In this document: positions 57,901-64,000 of the stretch, piece after piece | Numbering within the stretch: the first letter of the stretch is position 1 | Layout of the letters: each line of letters opens with the position of its first letter | Assembly (NCBI GenBank): GCA_002269645.1 | Contig: NIVC01001887.1 | Coordinates: 62,001-126,000, forward strand | DNA length: 64,000 nucleotides | Reading direction: 5' to 3' | From: Macrostomum lignano | Lineage: Eukaryota | Translations under genes and position numbers: made by a program | Notes under the pieces: generated by a model | Told to the model about the DNA's origin: nothing | What the model saw: the letters and a program-made list of their open reading frames with translations, nothing else | Databases searched by the model: none

Positions 57901-58457
57901 GCGACTACAGCATGGACATCATCACCGGCAACGACTGCGAGAAGGACGCCCGCTGCCCGCACCCGGTGGGCAAGGTGGTCGTGCCCAACATCATTATGAC
58001 GGTCTACATCATCATCGTGACCATCCTGTTGCTGAACCTTATCGTGGCCTCCTTCTCCAAGACTGTTGACGAGATTCAAAAGAAGTCCTTCGCCATGTGG
58101 CAGTTCGAGCGCTACGACCTGCTCGAGGAGTTCCGCGTCCGGTCGCCGGTGCCGCCGCCCTTCAACATCATCGGCGAGCTGCTGCGCGGCCTGGCCGCCC
58201 TGGTCACCATGGTGCGCAGGCGCAGCGGCGCCGCCTCCTTCAGCAAGACGAAGTTCAACAAGCACCGGGTGATCAAGTTCCTCACTCTGCAGGCCTTCGC
58301 CCTGCGCGGCCAGCGCAAGCAGCTGGTGGGCGAGCTGGAAATCGAGGACCCGGACAAGCTGCTGCCAGAGATCGGGCGGCAGCTCAAGCGGGCCGAGCAG
58401 CAGCTGCAGTTCCTGCAGAAGATCTCGGGCGAAGAGGAAGCCATCGATGATGATTAG
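54981..58457 (+). CDS. TRP cation channel with N-terminal ankyrin repeats and a TRPM-like pre-S1/S1-S6/TRP-box body; single exon, about 1158 aa
   Basis: About 6 ankyrin repeats (GENCLFTA, GQTPLHIAC, GNLPLHRAC, NRTAMHFAA). TRPM-like motifs YSNLTCMSLA, FYLTPCVRF, YFRDGWNMID, LGPKLKMI, LLNLIVASFS..V..IQ, WQFERY, SPVPPPFNII. ATG at 54981 chosen over the GTG at 54801, which lies in the repeat. Confidence 0.9.
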   Translation: MAERRRKQGRPGGSRMAVITGHSPVLNAYYDGDLDKLRELLVADEDNLINPGNTGQPLCFLAARENRKGVLRVIHGVSGDLRYLGYTDNEGENCLFTAIRSSSLRAAKFLLSVGFDPKQQNRHGQTPLHIACIVDDPHFVHLLLHSGADPNVCDSSGNLPLHRACQENQPRMVRMLLLHTRDINAKAAANRTAMHFAALSQSLDLLTLLLAAGASCHVFDSDRRSPMDIVLSLGNLIIMTGLSEYFTHRVKGTIDDLETLQHSPEFGEVLTTLQAVDDDLENPVQLVCDFHGLQPVELTEDIQAGILQKIRDRERLDFMQFRSLLRHVISGDLSTQLVERGVLPEFAEMVAKQVLYREDVEMLRLLMFGTTLWRHLSAELEKHIMTLYNDCGELGSTGMQNMRCRFFGDRKTGQVSEALMLKFFAKFLNMSNMLPCEHEHSSFMRNPIKTLPVWSVLTGRFLLTEELLKAEQFDMLPLGLFCIRLLRRLAKSRQMPRPSKSLMNSVADKIESVCMKLLRAVDKLDVSEKKAVSINYIRQKMPAYSNLTCMSLAAGGECEAFMVMNTVQTAVEREWYQKLFHLSHWRREIIILLGIVPYNPILYWALQISASKDAGDTVLHSHEEAPVPVAQDTSDSSGHGHEAGQKEKTMPTIQEEGAAEDPDHIDEHHDLVHEDAMIEHHDEHHGDSLPHDERDGDQEHLIEPEGHGHGHGHEEAKSQSSGHGHGHGHGHGHGHGHAHDKPEAAPRSRVVQAIINYGSTCTEFYLTPCVRFHYHIISHLAFIVMFSYVMIVHFSYRLHVVETIVYLFVLGFLLEELHEMNVARQKGTMKSYFRDGWNMIDNFGIATCLLGFCMRLVRLPLAKHTDIQHISFGDDYFWWTRFVLIISCLVFWLRLLYVSTVMVTLGPKLKMISVMITRDLVPFLIMLAIMMFGFGLVIHGLLFPNGFAMGNPHKRSGLRIFESTFRITFYAMVGDYSMDIITGNDCEKDARCPHPVGKVVVPNIIMTVYIIIVTILLLNLIVASFSKTVDEIQKKSFAMWQFERYDLLEEFRVRSPVPPPFNIIGELLRGLAALVTMVRRRSGAASFSKTKFNKHRVIKFLTLQAFALRGQRKQLVGELEIEDPDKLLPEIGRQLKRAEQQLQFLQKISGEEEAIDDD

Positions 58458-59120
58458 GCCGGGGAATGTCGGACCGCTGACGAACTAAATTTAGCTGCTT
58501 ATCTATTTTAGTAAAAAAGCTAACCCACACGAGCTCATTAGAATACCTGATTAGTTAAAAGTGACGGAGGGGCCTGCAAAGAGCTGCAAATTTGCGTTCA
58601 CGGGGGGCGTTCTTGTCTGTCCAGAGCAAAAATTTAACCAACCTGTCAATATCGACTAACCTACTTCTAAGTGTACTTACTGTACTCAACTCCCAGCTGT
58701 GTGGGCTGCTTTACTTTCCCAAAGATTAACTAATAGAAACTCAAACGTCTGTTCTGCTAGTGAATGTTATTTTTTTATTAAAACTTCGTCAGGCTTCAGT
58801 TGAATCAAAGTAAATAAAAAGCTATTAACATCATCCCTCGCGAGTGCGCACGAATCTGGAATTCAAAAGGTGCTCTTCAGATACTGATTTCTACATCTAC
58901 CAGAATACAGTAATTAGCGGCTCATAATGCACTAACATTTTATAGTAGCTCGTCGTACATGGATGCTAAGATATTGTATTGGCAATGAAAACGTAGCATG
59001 TCGTCTCTCTACTCACACAGTAAGAAAACGTTAAAAATAATTTTTCCGGCGGGGATATTTCTAGCCGGTTCTCCTTAAAAAACAAATAAACTTGCCAGAT
59101 TGCCACTGCAAAAAATATTT

Positions 59121-59204
59121 TGTCAGAAGTGGGATTCGAACCCACGCCCTCAGAAGAGGACTGCGACCTTAACGCAGCGCCTTAGACCACTCGGCCATCC
59201 TGAC
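59121..59204 (-). tRNA. tRNA-Leu(AAG): tRNA-Leu, anticodon AAG
   Basis: GTCAGGATGGCCGAGTGGTCTAAGGCGCTGCGTTAAGGTCGCAGTCCTCTTCTGAGGGCGTGGGTTCGAATCCCACTTCTGACA: intact stems, long variable arm, and a downstream T6 Pol III terminator. Confidence 0.95.
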
Positions 59205-60124
59205 TTGAGTGTTAAGGCTGGAGCTGAGTGCTTATGAAAATTCCACTAGAGAATGCTTTGCAAAGATAAGAGATTGCCGTCAACCAGCCGATAGGCAGCT
59301 ACCCAAAATTAGGCTAATCGATCTATTTTTAGCTGGCCACACAATTATGTACGCAACTGCATGGAACATGTAGTATTTCATGTAGACTTCGAAATTCCAC
59401 ATTTATTAACTATTAACTACTAAATTAACTATTATTTGTGAGTTTAAAAACAACTGTTTTTGAGAACACCTAGGTACACGGTAATTAAAAATTAATTTCA
59501 AATGACAAATTTTAAGTAAGTTTTGTAGTTCACATGTAGATGTAATTATGCATCATCTAATAATGAAATTTTATATATCGTTTAAAAACCAAAAGAGTGA
59601 CCAATGAAATGTTCAAATAACTACAGGTGTATACAAGGTTACAGTTTACTTTATAAGATTACCAACAGCATTTTTCGATAGAAAAACAAGCTATAAGTTA
59701 TAAAAAACAATTGGCTCGGGCACAAAATAAATGGAATAAAAATCTTGGACAAAAATTCTTTTATATACTTTATTTTACATTAATGCTGCAAGTTCTTTCC
59801 GCATTGACTAGAGTGTTATACGAATTGACTCAACCAGATAAATTCATTAATATCAAAATTATTTGCAAAGGAGCGTAAAATGCTTGTTTAGTGAAATAAT
59901 AACAAAATACTTATTTAATTAACTCATTATATTACTAAATCTGTTTAAGATAACAAATTATTGAACGTTAAATATAGTTAATAATAGTTCCACTTCTTTT
60001 ACAGCCTTTAAAAGCACATTGTCTTTTAGAGTCGTCTTCATTTTTCGAATTCCCCTGAGCAACAAACTTTTTGCTGCTCGAATCAAATTGTCACCTTGTC
60101 ATGTAAATAGTTCCATTCAATAAA

Positions 60125-61761
60125 ATGCCAAAAAGCAAGACGAGCGTATCGACCCGTCAGCTAACGCTGACATCCCAATCATTGTGAGTACAGTTTTCTT
60201 TCTATCTGTCTTGAACTACTCATATATAACAAAATTTCTGGCTTTTAAATTCTAATATTTACTCTCCTACTAGTCTCCTAGTCCTATCTATGAATACCTT
60301 AAACCATTCTATCTCTTTGACTGTCTGTTTTGGATGAATCGCCTGCGTATAAAAAGGTTTATTTTAAAAAAATACCTATTGTAAAGGAGAAAACTATTTT
60401 TGACAATGAAGTTCTATTAGCTTTTGTATTTTAGATTATTATTAAGTTTACTTTACTGTAAGACGCGATATGTCATATGATATAAGCCACATGATGTCAC
60501 ATAATTTCCTTAAGTAGAATTTCTAAAATACTATGACACTATGAAGTTTATAGTTTTTCTTTTTCTTTCGATCCAACAAGATACAACAGTTCCGAAATAC
60601 AGGTTATGGAATAGTATAGTACTAATCAAATAAGTTTTTAAAGCCAAGTTAAAAGCAATTTATATAAGTTAATTTTGAGCATTCAGCATAAAAATATATA
60701 GATATAAATATATACAGATATGCATATATATTAATAAAATATATAGAGTGTTTTTGCATTCAAAATGATCAAATGGTCAAAATATTCGAAATATGATATT
60801 TTTGCTAAAAAATACCCTTCATACTCAGGGGCTCCCTCGCCGCCGAGGCGCACGATGACGACTGCAGTTCGAACTCGTCCGACACCTGCACGGAGGTGGA
60901 CGCCGACTACGAGAATCTGATGTCCCGCATCCGCCAGCAGAACGAGGAGATCCGGCAGCTTCAATCGGAGAACAAGCAGCTGGCGGAGGAGTTGGACCAG
61001 GAGCGCAGCCTGGGCTCCAAGCAGCTGCAGGAACTGGAGGCCGCCTCCAAGCTGGGTCAGTGGCGGATGAGGGGGGCTGAGGACCTCTGAACCCCCAATA
61101 GACATACAATGTTGGTTGTTTGAATGGGGGGGGGGTAACTTTAAAGTGCTACGCGTCCTTTCTCTACCAAGTGAAATCAGTTTTTCAATCCAGCAGCTGT
61201 GAAATCAAAGTCAATTCATTTTTTCCATTGGTCCCGACCTTCAATCGCAGACTGTCGGAAGACTTCAAGCGGTCAGACTAACACTTACTAATCACCTGCC
61301 CCGGTCTCGTAAGTGAAATTCTGCTTGCACTAACCAATAACAATGCTGCTTTTTTATTCTTACGATGCACACACACCGTAATGAACAGTCACTCAGAACT
61401 TTTTAAATACTATTTCTTATAATGCATCGCAGCAGAGATTTCGGCAGCGACTTTCTGCACATTTGCTTTTGCTCACTTTCCCATTGCAGCTGAGCGGCAG
61501 ATCCAGGAGCTGTCGGCCGAGCTGGTCCGCTCCAGGGAGGCTGGCAAGCGGGCGCAGCACGGCTATGAGACCCGCGCCATCCGCATGCACGAGGAGACGC
61601 TGCGCGACCCGTTTGAAGAGCGGCGTCGGCTGGACATACGGCTGCAGCAGCTCGAGCTGGACGCCGACCGGATGAACTCCGACCTGCGCAGCTCGGCCGA
61701 GGAGCGAACAAAGCAGCGGGAGGTCATCAGGCAGGCTGAGGCCGACCGGGACGCTGCGCAG
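60125..61761 (+). CDS. Unidentified coiled-coil protein, 5' exons; continues 3' beyond the last recognised exon
   Basis: Exons 60125-60183 (MPKSKTSVSTRQLTLTSQS, GTGAGT donor), 60829-61055, 61490-61761 (GTGAGC donor), phases 2/1/0 consistent. Heptad-rich E/Q/R/L sequence. Confidence 0.75.
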
Positions 61762-61771
61762 GTGAGCTGGC

Positions 61772-63405
61772 CTGTCTTAATGCGTGTCACTGCCTGTCTT
61801 CTGTGTGTCACTGCCTGTCTAATGTGTGTCACTGCCTGTCTTCTGTGCGTCACTGTCTGTCTTCTGTGTGTCACTGCCTGTCTTCTGTCTGTCACTGCCT
61901 GTCTAATGTGTGTCACTGCCTGTCTTCTGTGTGTCACTGCCTGTCTTCTGTGTGTCACTGCCTGTCTTCTGTGTGTCACTGCCTGTCTTCTGTGCGTCAC
62001 TGTCTGTCTAATATGTGTCACTGCCTGTCTTCTGTGTGTCACTGTCTGTCTTCTGTGCGTCACTGTCTGTCTTCTGTGTGTCACTGCCTGTCTTCTGTGT
62101 GTCACTGCCTGTCTAATGTGTGTCACTGCCTGTCTTCTGTGTGTCACTGCCTGTCTTCTGTGTGTCACTGCCTGTCTTCTGTGTGTCACTGCCTGTCTTC
62201 TGTGCGTCACTGTCTGTCTTCTGTGTGTCACTGCCTGTCTTCTGTGTGTCACTGCCTGTCTTCTGTGCGTCACTGTCTGTCTTCTGTGTGTCACTGTCTG
62301 TCTTCTGTGCGTCACTGTCTGTCTTCTGTGTGTCACTGCCTGTCTTCTGTGTGTCACTGCCTGTCTAATGTGTGTCACTGCCTGTCTTCTGTGTGTCACT
62401 GCCTGTCTTCTGTGTGTCACTGCCTGTCTTCTGTGTGTCACTGCCTGTCTTCTGTGTGTCACTGTCTGTCTTCTGTGTGTCACTTCCAGTCTAATGTGTG
62501 TCACTGCCTGTCTTCTGTGTGTCACTGCCTGTCTTCTGTGCGTCACTGCCTGTTTTCTGTGTGTCACTGCCTGTCTAATGTGTGTCACTGTCTGTCTTCT
62601 GTGTGTAATTGCCTGTCTTCTGTGTGTCACTGTCTGTCTTCTGTGTGTCACTTCCAGTCTAATGTGTGTCACTGCCTGTCTTCTGTGTGTCACTGCCTGT
62701 CTTCTGTGCGTCACTGTCTGTCTAATATGTGTCACTGCCTGTCTAATGTGTGTCACTGCCTGTCTTCTGTGTGTCACTGCCTGTCTTCTGTGCGTCACTG
62801 CCTGTTTTCTGTGTGTCACTGCCTGTCTAATGTGTGTCACTGTCTGTCTTCTGTGTGTCACTTCCAGTCTAATGTGTGTCACTGCCTGTCTTCTGTGTGT
62901 CACTGCCTGTCTTCTGTGCGTCACTGTCTGTCTAATATGTGTCACTGCCTGTCTAATGTGTGTCACTGCCTGTCTTCTGTGTGTCACTGCCTGTCTTCTG
63001 TGCGTCACTGCCTGTTTTCTGTGTGTCACTGCCTGTCTAATGTGTGTCACTGCCTGTCTTCTGTGCGTCACTGCCTGTTTTCTGTGTGTCACTGCCTGTC
63101 TAATGTGTGTCACTGTCTGTCTTCTGTGTGTAATTGCCTGTCTTCTGTGTATCACTGTCTGTCTTCTGTGTGTCACTTCCAGTCTAATGTGTGTCACTGC
63201 CTGTCTTCTGTGCGTCACTGTCTGTCTAATATGTGTCACTGCCTGTCTTCTGTGTGTCACTGTCTGTCTTCTGTGTGTCACTGCCTGTCTTCTGTGTGTC
63301 ACTGTCTGTCTTCTGTGTGTCACTTCCTGTCTAATGTGTGTCACTGCCTGTCTTCTGTGTGTCACTGCCTGTCTTCTGTGTGTCACTGCCTGTTTTCTTT
63401 GTGTG
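61772..63405. repeat. 21-bp minisatellite (TGTGTGTCACTGCCTGTCTTC), about 78 copies, starting right after a donor
   Basis: Direct periodicity. Confidence 0.97.
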
Positions 63406-63784
63406 CTGTCACTGTCGCATTTCACCGTTGCCATGGGGACGCCCAGCAATAGCCGCAGTCCCCACATGTGTGCAGTTAATCCATCACCTCTCAGGCTGAG
63501 CCTCTCTGCCCAAGATTAAGCTTTGAGAATGTTTACCAAAAATAGCCACCGGAATGTGGGAGCGGGCAGGCGATGAATCAAATGCTCAGAAATGAAGTCT
63601 TCTCCCGGCTAAAGCAGATTTCCCAGCTAGATTGGAAAGGAGATTCCAATAAAAATATTTAAATGGCCGCCTTGAGTTTTTTCCAAGATTTTAAAGAAGT
63701 CAACTTCATTTGCTTTTGAGAATTGGCTGTCCTTTTGCAATTTCTGACTGCCTTCCTGGATGTTCCAGGACTGCACTGGCTGTC

Positions 63785-64000
63785 CTGGGTATCTCAGACT
63801 CTGTCCTGTGTATCTCAGACTCTACCCTGGGTATCTCAGGCTCTACCCTGGGTATCTCAGGCTCTATCCTGGGTATCTCAGACTCTATCCTGGGTATCTC
63901 AGACTCTATCCTGGGTATCTCAGGCTCTATCCTGGGTATCTCAGGCTCTACCCTGGGTATCTCAGGCTCTATCCTGGGTATCTCAGACTCTATCCTGGGT
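63785..64000. repeat. 21-bp minisatellite (CTCTATCCTGGGTATCTCAGG), runs off the window
   Basis: Direct periodicity. Confidence 0.93.

Noticed and set aside
61563-63519. Three 550-640 aa Cys/His-rich ORFs (CVTACLL, VTHRRQA, CHCLSSV repeats)
   Set aside because: Stop-free 21-bp minisatellite; a GTGAGC donor at 61762 ends the real exon.

Overview
Eukaryotic animal DNA: GC-rich exons, GT-AG introns, and a different minisatellite in almost every intron. The style suggests the flatworm Macrostomum lignano or a relative (inference, not verified). Exon structures were rebuilt by hand with phase checks. Left to right: the 5' part of CHMP5 (-, runs off the left edge); three near-identical paralogs of an uncharacterised secreted protein (one +, two -, the third frameshifted); a 7-exon netrin (-); a head-to-head pair of TRIM-NHL genes; an NKX2.2/vnd-type homeobox gene (+); a 12-exon periostin/TGFBI-like EMI+FAS1 gene (+); a decayed Crypton-like tyrosine-recombinase element; an intronless channel gene joining ankyrin repeats to a TRPM-like body with a His-rich insert (+); a tRNA-Leu(AAG) (-); and the 5' part of an unidentified coiled-coil gene (+). 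Mobile elements also include RTE-type LINE fragments, a tRNA-derived SINE with a 12-bp TSD and a TIR element. The strongest oddities are the ankyrin-TRPM chimera, the gene-conversion mosaic in the secreted trio, a netrin 5' splice site amplified 15-fold by a perfect tandem array, and the seeding of locus-specific arrays at exon edges. Most long ORFs in the supplied track are repeat translations or antisense shadows. Repeat boundaries are approximate.
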